DNA of 63,794 bases, the filler included, from Octopus bimaculoides (lineage: Eukaryota), in assembly GCF_001194135.2 (NCBI RefSeq). It is 5 parts of 5 records of this genome, joined end to end, with 100 filler letters (N's around TTAATTAATTAA, not from the genome) between each part and the next. Parts side by side here need not be neighbours in the genome. Positions count along the whole stretch, not along the records: positions 29,922 to 58,940 come from NC_068987.1; positions 59,041 to 62,357 come from NC_068983.1; 3 more parts are not named here. One strand, written 5' to 3'. This document shows, piece by piece, positions 49,328 to 62,357 of this stretch. Position 1 is the first letter of the stretch, and every line of letters begins with the position of its first letter. The notes beneath the pieces were generated by a model. It had not been told where the DNA came from and ran no database searches. It saw only the letters and a list, made by a program, of their open reading frames with translations. The position numbers and the translations under genes are program-made.

Positions 49328-49521
49328 ACGTAAATGTCGAACGATGAAAATGAGTGCTCAACACCGCAATGGTGGATATGATAATTTTATTTGTGAATGA
49401 AGGCTACCATTGTTTTCATGTTACGAAAAGTAGGAAAATATTTTCCGAGCCGATCTCATGGAGAAAGTTGTTCGCCTCCATTTTAGAGAGCAATCTCGTG
49501 TAGTTCACGGGCGTACATATA

Positions 49522-49580
<59 letters not shown>

Positions 49581-49724
49581 ATGCAAACATACACATTCGA
49601 ACACACAAACACGCATATATATATTTATATATATGCATATATACATACATACATAATACGTACACACATATACAAATAGACATGTGTGTGCATGTGTATG
49701 GATGCATGAATGTATGTATAATTA

Positions 49725-50850
49725 TAAGCACGTATACATGTGTAATATATGTCGGGGGTAGTGCGTGTGTGTGTGTGCGTATTTGTGTGTGTGCGTGTGC
49801 GTGCGTGTGTGTGTGCGCTTGGATAAGTATGGAAGCATACACTTATAAATATACTATTTTGCAACTGAAGGATAGGTAACTATTGTTTGGCAAGGTGGAA
49901 GAGCCGAGCACATTCTAAGGAGAGAGTTCATTACGCGGAAACGAAGTTTCGTATTCCTTGGAGGATAATGGTTTCCAGCATTTTGTTTTAGCATTCGTTT
50001 TATTGATATGAAGATATGAAATCTAAAATTGATTCCTTTTTATCCAAAATCATATACAGCCAAATAATTCTATCTTTTTGTCATTTGTCTTGAAATAATT
50101 AATAACTTAAAATAGGCCAGCTAAATTTAGAATCAGATATTAGAAACAATGAACAGAGTTTTATGGGGGATATTCAAAATTAAGTTTTAATATACAATGT
50201 AATACAGAAAGATCAACACTAGTGCAACGCTGAAGAATATGAAGAGGCTTCGTACTCATTTGTATTATTACGGCTTATAGCATTCATTTGAAAAATGTCG
50301 CCTATTTTATATTATTAATCTATAATAATAAATGTGTGCGTGTGTGTGTGTGTGTGTGGATTTGTGAAATTGTGTCTGTCCGTTTGGGACACCTGCATCT
50401 CAAGATGCCCTCAGATATCAAAGGAGAGATGAATGACATTCGCTTCGTTAATTTTACGTCGAGATCAGAACTTTAGGACAAACTGGTCAACAGTTTGAAT
50501 TCATCTTGGGACTGAAAAAATAGAATGATTGCATTACAGAAATAATTTTCATTCGTCCTCAACCTCTGATCAAACACCACTTGAGCATATAATCATTATA
50601 GATGTATTAGAGTGATGCTATTTAATCCCCCTCAATTTTGGGTCGCTGGCTCAATTAGCCCTCCGTAGGATCTACTTTAAGCGCACGCGCTGAGTGTATT
50701 TTTTAAGATAGTAGTAGATAAAGTACGATGACCGAATATTAAATCTCTTAGTATCATCGACCATCGATTTCTCAGAGTTGAATCTGCATAAGATTCGTCA
50801 TTACAACTAAACTATCCTTTAATTTTGTGTCACAGTAGGTACTTCTTCTG
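49725..50850 (+). repeat. Copy 1 of a diverged about 1-kb unit (interrupted by about 395 bp at 50331-50724)
   Basis: Shares ordered anchors (TATACTATTTTGC, CCAAAAT(C/A)AT, AAATAATTAATAA, GAT(C/G/A)AACACT(A/T)GTG, TTAAATC(T/A)CTTA, TCTCAGAG) with 53405-54400 and 57130-58130. Confidence 0.75.
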
Positions 50851-50906
50851 ATTATTATTATTATTATTAATCTTATTATTTTTATTATTATTATTATTAT
50901 TATTAT

Positions 50907-50940
<34 letters not shown>

Positions 50941-50954
50941 TATCATTATTACCA

Positions 50955-51550
50955 TTATGTGTTAAAAGCTCTCAGCACATTTTACTGGGAGTGATGGTAA
51001 GTGTGAGTCGGCAAAAGCCAGCAGACTAAGGTGACACTTGTTTACTGGTCATGCTTCAAGAACGGTGCGATGAATTCTTGCAGTTCCAAACAACGCCAAT
51101 TTTCGTAGGAGTTCTACCTTCATACTTGCACCAACCTTTTTTTATCCATGTTGGTAGTTGAGTGCTGATACTTCCAAGTGACCCAATTACTATTGGTATC
51201 AGGTTTACTCTCCTCACTGACCACAACCTTCATATTTCCCACTTGAAATCATCATATTTGCTCTTATTTTTTCTTCTTTCACGTTGATCCTGTTGTTACC
51301 GAAGCATGCTATGTCAATTTTCATGCATGTTCTTTCTTTTTTTATTCACAACAACAATATGCAGTTTCTTATATCTGGTCAAATGATCGCACTGAATCAT
51401 TGTATATCACAGGATTTTGCTATTCACATTTCCGGTGACTCCTCCTGAGGTTTGTTCTCTCCACATTTTTGCTCTTTATAGGCCGTGATTTCCACAGAGC
51501 TCCCAAAGGATCATTCTTGCCACATTGTCATGCCGCCGTCTGCATAAGCA
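50955..51550 (-). mobile_element. R4/Dong-clade LINE 3' fragment (RLE endonuclease), between (AAT)n arrays
   Basis: RRRHDNVARMILWELC...SKIL*...IVVVNK...KIDIAC...KYDDFKWEI*RLW...IPIVIGSLG...LALFGTARIHRTVL*. Confidence 0.88.
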
Positions 51551-51558
51551 TTATTATA

Positions 51559-51614
<56 letters not shown>

Positions 51615-51616
51615 CA

Positions 51617-51678
<62 letters not shown>

Positions 51679-52021
51679 GTTATTATTATTATTATTATTA
51701 TTATTAAAGACGAAGAGCGCGATTCCATTGTAAGATATCTTATTAGTTGAACGATATTTCAACAGTACGTCTGTCTTTGTCAAGTTCAAAATAAGAAGTG
51801 ATAAAAATTCAAAATTACAGAAATTTAAACGTAAAGTATGAACGAGAGCAAGGCGACAGAAAGAAAAGGAAAGAAAAAGAGAGAAAGAAGAATATTTAAT
51901 CAAACAGTTTTGTATAAATTTTCCTGTCATCTTATTCATGCCTACAGGGCGTGATGTTAATAACCTGCTCTTCGCCTTGACTGTTTATATTTGTGAAGAG
52001 TTACGTCAATCCTTTTAGAAA

Positions 52022-52077
<56 letters not shown>

Positions 52078-52580
52078 GGTAGTCTTATTTTTATCACGTG
52101 CTTTCACTGCACTACCAGGCGCAGCTCTTTGTGCCATGGGTGTGTGCTATGGTTTATTGTGGTGCTCTTATTTTCGCTGTATTGAAAGTGTTTTACGTAG
52201 AATGTGCGAGGTGCTTAGTAGTGCGATTTTCTGTACGATATATGCATTCTAAAGTCCTGGTGTTTTGGTTATGTATTTATCTGAATATTTTTCATCATAA
52301 CCAAAGCATCTATTATCATACAAATTGTATCTAGTTTTAGACTCCACATTCGGGTTGCCTTTATTTTCAGATCTTTGCATTTTGAGAGCTTCTCTTTTCT
52401 TTAAGAAATACATTGTCATTTGCTAGTATTGATACATTTATTAGAAAGGCTTTTGTTTCCTTGGTGATCTCTGATAACTATATCCGGTCTGTTAACCTTG
52501 ATTGTTGTATCTGTATGTATTGGCATAACTCAGAGTATGGTGGCTTTGTCTTTTTCTAAACTTTTCCAGGTGTGTGTGCC
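52078..52580 (-). mobile_element. R4/Dong-clade LINE 3' fragment of a second subfamily, between (AAT)n tracts
   Basis: HTPGKV...IHTDTTIKVNRPDIVIRD...KLSKCKDLKI...RMWSLK...VQKIALLSTSHILRKTL; 3' UTR differs from 50955-51050. Confidence 0.88.
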
Positions 52581-52736
52581 TATTATTATTATCATTATAA
52601 GACTGTTCAATATTTGGTATAATTTTTGTGTGTTCTTTACCTCTTTAAGCTTTTCTTTAAACATATGTCAATATTTATGAGGCCGCAATTCTTCACATGC
52701 TTCAATAATGGAGCCACGGTATTATGACTATTCTTT

Positions 52737-52765
52737 TTCTTCTTCTTCTTCTTCTTCTTCTTCTT

Positions 52766-52846
<81 letters not shown>

Positions 52847-52949
52847 AATAATAATAATAATATTGAGGCGGCCAACCGGCAGAATCGTTAGCGCGCTGGA
52901 CGGAATTCTTAGCGGTATTTCGCCGCTTGATACGTTCTGAGTTCAAATT

Positions 52950-52950
<1 letters not shown>
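52737..52950 (+). repeat. (TTC)n-(TTA)n-(AAT)n compound array followed by a truncated SINE B head (52866-52950)
   Basis: Directly visible; SINE ends at GAGTTCAAATT in a (CA)n tract. Confidence 0.85.
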
Positions 52951-52981
<31 letters not shown>

Positions 52982-53404
52982 GTATATATATATATGGTAT
53001 ACATATGTTATTGTGCATAAGTCTGGCGGATGCTGTGATACATCGCCGTTCGCTAGCGCATCAAGTTGTTTTAGCTCTCCAAATGAAGCCACCACGCTGG
53101 CTAGGCGAGCAGGCTGGCATTCACTTGATGAGGCCTACACATTTTGCTGCTGAGTGTGTTGGAAGAGCGTAAAATGAAGTGTCTTACTCACAAACACAAT
53201 ATGCCTCAAAATCATTATGTAGTGAATGTGATTGCAATAAATTATCCGTCTACATGCCTTCGCACACACATTCACGCAGACGCAGGCACAAATACACACT
53301 TACAAACACATACATACCTGAACATAAAGAAATTATAAGGAGAAACACACATCTAAAGAGAGATAGATAGATCGATATGTATATATGCGTGCATGCATTT
53401 ACAC

Positions 53405-54400
53405 ATACATATATGCACGTAAGCATGTGCAATATACGGGAGAGGAGTGAAGCGGGGCGCATATATTTATAAATATACTATTTTGCGATGAGAGAAAATG
53501 TAACCACTGTTTGCGAAGTAGGAAGAGTCGGCGCATTCTAATTAGAATGTTTAGTATTCTGAAACAAAGGTTCGCATTCTTCAGGAGATATTAGTTGCTA
53601 AAATTTTGTTTTACTAATATGAAAATAAAAAGGCAAAGTTAATAATTGATTCATTTTCACCCAAAATCATGTAAATTCAAATGTTTTTATCGTTTCGTCA
53701 TTTCTCTTAAAATAATTAATAATTTAAAATACGTAAGCATAATTTAGAATCAGATATCTTCCAAACAAACGGATTTTATACAACCTCATACAGAAAAGAT
53801 GAACACTAGTGGCAAGTAGGATATAAGGACGTTACAGACATTTGTATTACTGCGGCTTCCTACAATATTCTGAAAACTTTCGCCACTTTTATATTATTAA
53901 TCAAACTCTAATAACCGATCATTAAATCACTTAGTATCACAGGTATCTTTATTCTCAGAGAGTTCTACCTGCATTCGATTTATCATAACAACTAAATTAT
54001 TCTTTGTATCTTGTATAATAGTTACATTGTACTTTTAATGATTTTTTTTTTGTATCACGGTTACATACACATCTGTAATATTACGGTTTATAATATCATT
54101 TTGAAAGACTTCGCACGTACAACACAGGAAAAAAAAATAGGGGTAACCATCATCAGCACAGGAATACGAACCTGCATATCCGAGTATTAAACTCTTGAAC
54201 TACAAGTCGCTTGTCTCTCCCATCTTTGCAAACAATTGTTACCTGCCATTATTTAGCAAAATTGTATATTTATGCATATATGCATGCATACCTATTCCCC
54301 CACACACACTCACCAACACACACACACGCACACACACACACAAATTGTATTACGTATATTACTGCATTATTGCATGTAACCATGCATACGATCACATCTA
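53405..54400 (+). repeat. Copy 2 of the about 1-kb unit
   Basis: Colinear with 57130-58130 over its whole length and with 49725-50850. Confidence 0.8.
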
Positions 54401-54764
54401 TATGTGTGTGTGTGTGTGTGAACGCATTATGTATTAATATGCATACGTGTGAGTGTGTGTATGTGTGTGAATGTCTCTGTGTTTCAAAGAGAGTGTGTGT
54501 GTTTATGTGTGAGGACACGTGGAGGAGCGGATGAATTATTGCACAAATGATCGCTATGTTATGAGATATATTCCGGACAAGGTAGCTCACCGTGTACTCG
54601 AGTAAGTTACCAAAGACTATTTAGACAAACGAAATGCGTGAAATTATTTATAAATAAATATCAGAAGGGATGGCATTATTAAAAAAAAACATCACGAGTG
54701 GCAAGGGAATTATCAGCCGTAAAGGCAAATGTATAAAATATATACATTCAATATCAGGTATGCA

Positions 54765-54817
<53 letters not shown>

Positions 54818-55422
54818 GTATATGTATATANNNNNNNNNNNNNNNNNNNNNNNNNNNNNNNNNNNNNNNNNNNNNNNNNNNNNNNNNNNNNNNNNNNNNN
54901 NNNNNNNNNNNNNNNNNNNNNNNNNNNNNNNNNNNNNNNNNNNNNNNNNNNNNNNNNNNNNNNNNNNNNNNNNNNNNNNNNNNNNNNNNNNNNNNNNNNN
55001 NNNNNNNNNNNNNNNNNNNNNNNNNNNNNNNNNNNNNNNNNNNNNNNNNNNNNNNNNNNNNNNNNNNNNNNNNNNNNNNNNNNNNNNNNNNNNNNNNNNN
55101 NNNNNNNNNNNNNNNNNNNNNNNNNNNNNNNNNNNNNNNNNNNNNNNNNNNNNNNNNNNNNNNNNNNNNNNNNNNNNNNNNNNNNNNNNNNNNNNNNNNN
55201 NNNNNNNNNNNNNNNNNNNNNNNNNNNNNNNNNNNNNNNNNNNNNNNNNNNNNNNNNNNNNNNNNNNNNNNNNNNNNNNNNNNNNNNNNNNNNNNNNNNN
55301 NNNNNNNNNNNNNNNNNNNNNNNNNNNNNNNNNNNNNNNNNNNNNNNNNNNNNNNNNNNNNNNNNNNNNNNNNNNNNNNNNNNNNNNNNNNNNNNNNNNN
55401 NNNNNNNNNNNNNNNNNNNNNN

Positions 55423-55472
<50 letters not shown>

Positions 55473-55569
55473 ATTTATTTATATTTATAAAAGTACATAT
55501 ATTGTATGTATATATATATATACATACAATATATTTACTTCTATATACATATATATACATGTATGTATA

Positions 55570-56114
55570 TACAAGGGTGAGTGAAAAAGTAATGCCAGTT
55601 TGTTTATGACACAGGAACATGTATCATACATCAAAATGAAGCTGGTCCTCTGTGGATCACATCCCTACTTCTCAACATAGTCACCGTTTCTCTCAATAGC
55701 AATGTTCCATCTTCGAATGAGTGCATGTATCCCTGCCCCGTGAAATTATGTTGACTGTTCTTTGAGCCACTTCTTCACTACAGTTTCACTTCCTCGTCAC
55801 TGAACTATCATCGTCACTGGATTATCATCTCTTCGGACCCATGAAAGAGAGTTTGAGAGGCAAACATTATTTCAGTGATGAGGAAGTGAAAACTTTAGTG
55901 AAGAAGTGGCTGAAAGTACAGGCAACAGAATTTTACGGGGAAGAGATACATGCTCTCATTCGAAGGTGGAACATTGCTACTGAGAGAAACTTTAACTATG
56001 TTGAGAAGTAGGGATGTGATCTGCAGAAGACCAGCTTCCTTTTGACGTATGATACATGTTCTTGTGTTGGTAATTATACCTGTCCTAAACGAAATCGTAT
56101 TACTTTTTGACTCA
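55570..56114. mobile_element. Mariner-derived foldback element built from two 3' ends
   Basis: Left arm 55570-55804 is the reverse complement of 55871-56114 (roughly 85% by eye); right arm encodes DYHLFGPMKESLRGKHYFSDEEVK...IHALIRRWNIA; TIR TACAAGGGTGAGTGAAAAAGTAAT. Confidence 0.9.
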
Positions 56115-56428
56115 CGCTATACTAAAGGTTTAAATGAAATGATTAAAAGATTAAAATGGGCGGGGGGCAAGATAGATCACTATAAAGTAAGCTAAAGTCG
56201 TAAGCTAAATGCTAATTCAAAAGTGGATGAATGGAGACTATAAAGAGAGTTCATCAAATATTAAAAAAATTCTCCTTAAGGAAAAAACTAAGAAAATACT
56301 AATATAAAGCGAAGAAAGTAAATATAAAAAATAAATAAAGCATCATAGCCTAGTAATATATTATATTATTATACGATATTAATGCATTTTAATCCTTTAA
56401 TCATTTAATCTAAATCTTTAGTATAGCG
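56115..56428. mobile_element. Unclassified 314-bp MITE-like element with about 45-bp TIRs
   Basis: CGCTATACTAAAGGTTTAAATGAAATGATTAAAAGATTAAAATG ... CATTTTAATCCTTTAATCATTTAATCTAAATCTTTAGTATAGCG. Confidence 0.7.
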
Positions 56429-57036
56429 TTTACAGCCCCCTCCCTTTATAACTCTATGTAAACAAGCGTTCTTACTTCAAACGGTCACTTACTTGGCCAT
56501 GTAATATTATAACTCGTAAGTTAGCTCATCAATTCGCATTTGTCTTGCTTCTATAAGTTGTTTTCCTGACGATGAATATATGTGGAATTCCAGCAGAATC
56601 TAACTTCTTTGGAGTAGGAAACACATATATTTTGAAACATATGTAGGAATTAAAGGAACTTTTATTTATATGCGCTTTGCTCCATTTATTGTTATTATTC
56701 ATATATATATATATATATATATATATANNNNNNNNNNNNNNNNNNNNNNNNNNNNNNNNNNNNNNNNNNNNNNNNNNNNNNNNNNNNNNNNNNNNNNNNN
56801 NNNNNNNNNNNNNNNNNNNNNNNNNNNNNNNNNNNNNNNNNNNNNNNNNNNNNNNNNNNNNNNNNNNNNNNNNNNNNNNNNNNNNNNNNNNNNNNNNNNN
56901 NNNNNNNNNNNNNNNNNNNNNNNNNNNNNNNNNNNNNNNNNNNNNNNNNNNNNNNNNNNNNNNNNNNNNNNNNNNNNNNNNNNNNNNNNNNNNNNNNNNN
57001 NNNNNNNNNNNNNNNNNNNNNNNNNNNNNNNNNNNN

Positions 57037-57071
<35 letters not shown>

Positions 57072-57129
57072 ATATATATACATACAGAAACAGAGATTGA
57101 TATGTATATATGCATGCATTTAAACATAA

Positions 57130-58130
57130 TTATATGCAGGTATACATGTGTAATATACGGGTGAGGAATGTGTGCGTGTGTGCATAGGAATGGGCGCATA
57201 TATTTATACATATTTTGTGACCACAAAACAGGTAAGCACTATTTGCTTAGGAGGAACATCCGAGCGAAGCTTCGTATTCCTGAAGATATAATAGTTGCCA
57301 AAAAATTGTTTTACTATTATGAAAATATGATATCGAAGTTTATAATGCATAAATTTTCATCCAAAATAATGTAAATTCAAATGATTCTATCGTTTCGTGA
57401 TTTCTTTTAAAATAATTAATAACATAAATTACGTAAGCAAGATTGAGCATCCGATACCTTACAAACGAACGGAATTTACGAGTAATATTTTCGATTAAGT
57501 TGTAATATTTAATCTCATACAGAAAAGATAAACACTTGTGGCAAGTAGAAGGATATAAAGACGTTACAGTCATTTCTAATATAGCGACTTCAAACAATAT
57601 TCTGAAATATTGCACCACATTTATATTGTTAATCATAATCTAAGGCTAATGACCAATCATTAAATCACTTATTATGATAGCCAATTGGTATTCTCAGAGA
57701 GTTCTACATGAATTCGATTAGTCATAACAAGTAAATTATTCTTTGTATTCTGTATAATAGTTATATTTTAATTTCAATTTGATTTTTTGTTTCAGAGTTA
57801 CATAGCCATTTGTAATATTACGGTTTCTAAAATTCTTTTGAAAGATTTCGCACGTACTAACAAAAAAAAATGGGTAGCCATTATTGCCAATGGAATACGA
57901 AACTGAATTTCAGAGTATCAAACCCTGGAAATAAAAGGCGTTTGTCTCTTCCACCTTGTCCAACAAGAGTTACCTGGCATCGTTAAGCAAAATAATTTAT
58001 GATAAATATATGCACTCATAACTATGCATACACATACACTCACACAAACACTGCATTACGTATATTAGTAATGTACATGTACATATATGCATGCATTATT
58101 CATGTAAGCATGCATACGATTACATCTATC
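57130..58130 (+). repeat. Copy 3 of the about 1-kb unit
   Basis: Colinear with copy 2. Confidence 0.8.
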
Positions 58131-58249
58131 AAAAAAAATATCTATATAAATTATACATTTGATTGGGTATATAGGCGCGTGTGTCCATCAGTGCTTGGAT
58201 GTTGTATGGAAGTATGCACACGTGAATATGTGTGTACATAAGTGCATAA

Positions 58250-58314
<65 letters not shown>

Positions 58315-59987
58315 TATGAGTTTGTGCATGGACATTTATACGTATGTTGAATACTTTTCGTATATGAAGTATGAGCAATTGTAGTAAGTCCTTGGATCTG
58401 CAAAAATAATTTACAATTATTTTAACTTTGAATTTTTAATTTGTAATCATTAATTTAATTAGGGACGTTTACTTTTACTTATTTAATTGACCACTAGGCT
58501 CACTGATTTATAGATTGTTTATGCAATTACTTGGGAAATTAGCTGCTTCTTTGGCTGTCTAGTCAGCTCACTGAGTAGGTGCACTGTATGCTAGAACAGC
58601 AGTCTCCAATTTAGGCCATATTCCCTAGTTATTGCCTCCCGTAACCCATAATTTCACGTTCCTACTTAAAAAAAAAAACTTCTGGGCCATTTTCACACCA
58701 AGCGTCTTATTTCCTAAATATCCAAATAGGTTTCTCTCTTAATATTTATTCCATAATATTTTTTTTAAATCTAACATATACTGTCCCAAGCGTTTTCGAG
58801 GCCCTTACAATATATACCAGTTTCTCTTTCATATATTTATTTATCTTAACGTGTATAGCGGTCAAATTCAGTGGTCTTTTGTCTTTCAATTTCAACTCAC
58901 CAATTCGATATGAACGCTTTTATGTGTTTCCTTTAAACACNNNNNNNNNNNNNNNNNNNNNNNNNNNNNNNNNNNNNNNNNNNNTTAATTAATTAANNNN
59001 NNNNNNNNNNNNNNNNNNNNNNNNNNNNNNNNNNNNNNNNTGTACATATTTGTGTCTGTGTTTCTCACCCAACCATCGCTTGAAACCGATGTCAGTATGT
59101 TTACGTCCCCGTAACATAGTGATTCGACAAAATGGTTATTTTTTCATATATACAATACTTTACTAGGTATTCATGTATATTATCCTTACATGTTTAATCT
59201 TAATCTTGCAATTCCTGCCCAGTGCCGCTTAATTTCCGTTTATGTTGAAATGGTTCATGTATTTTTGCCTTTTGTTTTATGTTTTAGTTACGTTATCAAT
59301 TGCTAAAAATAGAATAGTTCGACGGTAATATATTCAGTGGAATGATTCAGCAAACGCATTATATATGGTCAGCCCACCCGAAGAGATGTAATGCACCGGC
59401 CTTGTTGGAATATTGTTAATAATAATTGATATGCTATGTTAAATTATATTTTTAAATAATGCTTCAGCAACGTTCTTGCTGGTAAATGAAAATAACAAAC
59501 TGCGTTGCTCAATCCATTATCACATACAGAAACACACATGCGCACACACACACTCACACTCACACACACGCAAACACTCACACACACGCGAGCACTCACA
59601 CACACACTCACGCGAGCACTCACACTTATACAAACGTAGGTAGTCACAATCATACAGACACAGACACATAAGTACACACAAACATAGACAAGCACATACA
59701 TACACACACGTGTATATACACCCGCACATACCACGCAAACATTATGATAGCGACAGGAGCAATATTAATACCATAAACCAATCTTTGGGTCCAGCTTAAC
59801 GTGGCTGTTGTGTTAGAATACCGAATTGCCTAGAGACGTCCAATTATATGGAGTTGTGATACATAATAACACACGTATCAACATCATGACAGCAAACAAA
59901 GGCAGAGACGTGGAAGTATCTACGCATGTATGTGTACGTGAATGTTGCATATACGCACAGATGTATCTATGTTCGTATTCATAAGCT

Positions 59988-60218
59988 ATTTCTTTATTGC
60001 CCACAAGAGGCTAAACATAGAGGGGACAAACAAGGACACACAAAGAGATTAAGTCGATTACATCGGCCCCAGTGCGTAACTGGTACATAAGTTATCGACC
60101 CCGAATGGATGAAAGGCAAAGTCAACCTCGGAGGAATTTGAGCTCAGAACGTAACGGCAGAGGAAATACCCGCTAAGCATTTCGCCCGGCGTGCTAACGT
60201 TTCGGCCCGCTCGCTGCC
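59988..60218 (-). mobile_element. SINE family B, full length with long tail
   Basis: Reverse complement of 8579-8815, including the TGTCCCCTCTATGTTTAGCC...AATAAAGAAA tail. Confidence 0.9.
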
Positions 60219-60326
60219 TTAGTTCGTATGCATATCCATGTATACATGTATGTGTCTAAATGCCAGCACGTGCGAATATACATGTAGAATACATGCAAAG
60301 GATTTTGTAATCCATATTGCTAAAGT

Positions 60327-60998
60327 TATGAGGTCTGTTTGATAAGTATCCGAACTGTGGCAATAGTAATGAAGCTAAAGCGCAAAGAGTGAAGTCGCTT
60401 GGCGAAAATTGACCTGATCTGTGCTGTACATGTGCACTAAGTTTTAACGTTCTAACTCACTTCCGCTGTTTACAGCAGTGCTTGGTAGGAAGGTGTGTAG
60501 CGTGTGATCATCGCATTGCTCTCAACAAAGAAAGTTGTTATGGCGATACCTGCTCAGAGGATGTGCAGTTAGTTACGTTTCAGTTTAGTTCATTATCACT
60601 GAAGATTTGGGTATGAGACACGCGTCTGCCAAATTTGTGCCCGAGCTGCTTTCAGCTGGCCAGGAAGGCTCTGGGGTTTCAGTTGTACAAGATCATGATT
60701 GTGTCGAGAACGATGAAAACGTTTTGAAAACTTTGCGTGACCCAATGAGCAGATATCGTCAAGCCTTTTGCAAAATTTGATGGAGTTTCCTTGCTCAACT
60801 TCCTCTGTTATGATCAATGCCATGATCACACCTTCCTTCCATGCACTGTTGTAAGCGGCGAAAGTGAGCCAGAACGTCAAAAACGTAGTACGCATGCGCA
60901 GCAGATTACAAAATCAATCTGTGCCAAGCGGCTTCACACTACGTGCTTTAGCTGCGTTTCTATGGCAACAGACTTTCATTATAGCAACATACCACATA
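60327..60998. mobile_element. Mariner-derived foldback element built from two 5' ends
   Basis: Left arm 60327-60540 (TATGAGGTCTGTTTGATAAGTATCCG...) aligns to the reverse complement of 60780-60998; minus strand continues into a transposase start MALIITEEVEQGNSIKFCKRL. Confidence 0.8.
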
Positions 60999-61322
60999 TA
61001 CATATTATTTTAAAACGCTAATAATCTAGTCGTTGTCTATACACATTGTAAACATAACATTAAACCAACTGTGGCTGGTGTAAATTGTTTCGAAACTAAA
61101 AAATCATTGGACAATAGATGTAGATAAAAATTCGAATCGTTTTTAAAACGATATTCAAATTCATTATATTAAAGTTTCATTTCTCACACGTAGGTAACTG
61201 AGTATGCGAATTTGCATATGTACGCCTTCGTATATCGTAATATATGCAATTAATACAAATACTGCACTTACAAGAAATACTACCTCCCACAAATTCTTAT
61301 ATCTTCATATATGCCAAAGGTG

Positions 61323-61358
<36 letters not shown>

Positions 61359-61374
61359 GCACGCACACACACAC

Positions 61375-61481
<107 letters not shown>

Positions 61482-62007
61482 AATGTCACTAAATGTGACT
61501 AGGGTGTTATGGAAGACATCAGATCAGCTTGCATTGCAGAGATTTGAAGGGATTGCTATTAAAAGTCACAATAAAAGATTTCCTTTAGAGAGAAAAAGTA
61601 AAATAACAATAAAAATATACCAGAATTACAAAGAAAATATGCCTCCTATTAATGCTAGATTGATGGAAATAGGGTGTTACAGTGTCTGATTAATCCGTTC
61701 ATGATAAATTACGATTGATATATTTAGTAAACGTCATAAGTGTCAGCTGCTTTCTCAAATATCTTAACAGTTAACGCTTGTGTGCTTTACACTCAAAGAA
61801 AACGAATGATAATATATCTAGCACGTTGTGTTTAATGCTTCCATTCCACTTCTTTCCTACTGTCTCTTTGGTGAAAGTTTTATCAGGATATTGATGTGGT
61901 TATTTGAAGATGCTATTGTCTACTCTCATCGAAACAAATCTGAGATCTAAAGTATCCCAGTTTTGATGATCGGGTCTTATTAGGGTTAACACTCGTTTTT
62001 GTTCTTC

Positions 62008-62357
62008 GTAAAGGCAGGTTAACTAGCAGGTTAACTAGCAAGTTAGTTTTTGTTTGTGGCAGATGTTCAGGTGCAATAAAGACTGCAAACAAACAGGAAA
62101 CAACTTCTATCTCATTCCAGGGTGAAAAACTAGAGGTAGTCGATAGCTTCCGCTATCTGGGCGACCAAGTTAGTAGTGGGGGTGGGTGCGCTGAAAGTGT
62201 AGCTGCTAGAATAAGAATAGCCTGGGCAAAGTTTAGAGAGCTCTTACCCCTGCTGGCGACAAAGGGACTCTCACTCAGAGTAAAAGGCAGACTGTATGAC
62301 GCATGCGTACGAACAACCATGCTACATGGCAGTGAAACATGGGCTGTAACTGCTGAG
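62008..62357 (+). mobile_element. RTE-clade LINE fragment (RT domain 7 and thumb), uninterrupted, cut by a gap
   Basis: KGRLTS...FVCGRCSG...GEKLEVVDSFRYLGDQVSSGGGCAESVAARIRIAWAKFRELLPLL...LSLRVKGRLYDACVRTTMLHGSETW. Confidence 0.9.

Noticed and set aside
56160-56340. Mitochondrial insertion (AT-rich, hydrophobic-looking antisense frames)
   Set aside because: No mitochondrial gene motif recognised and the segment is enclosed by TIRs.
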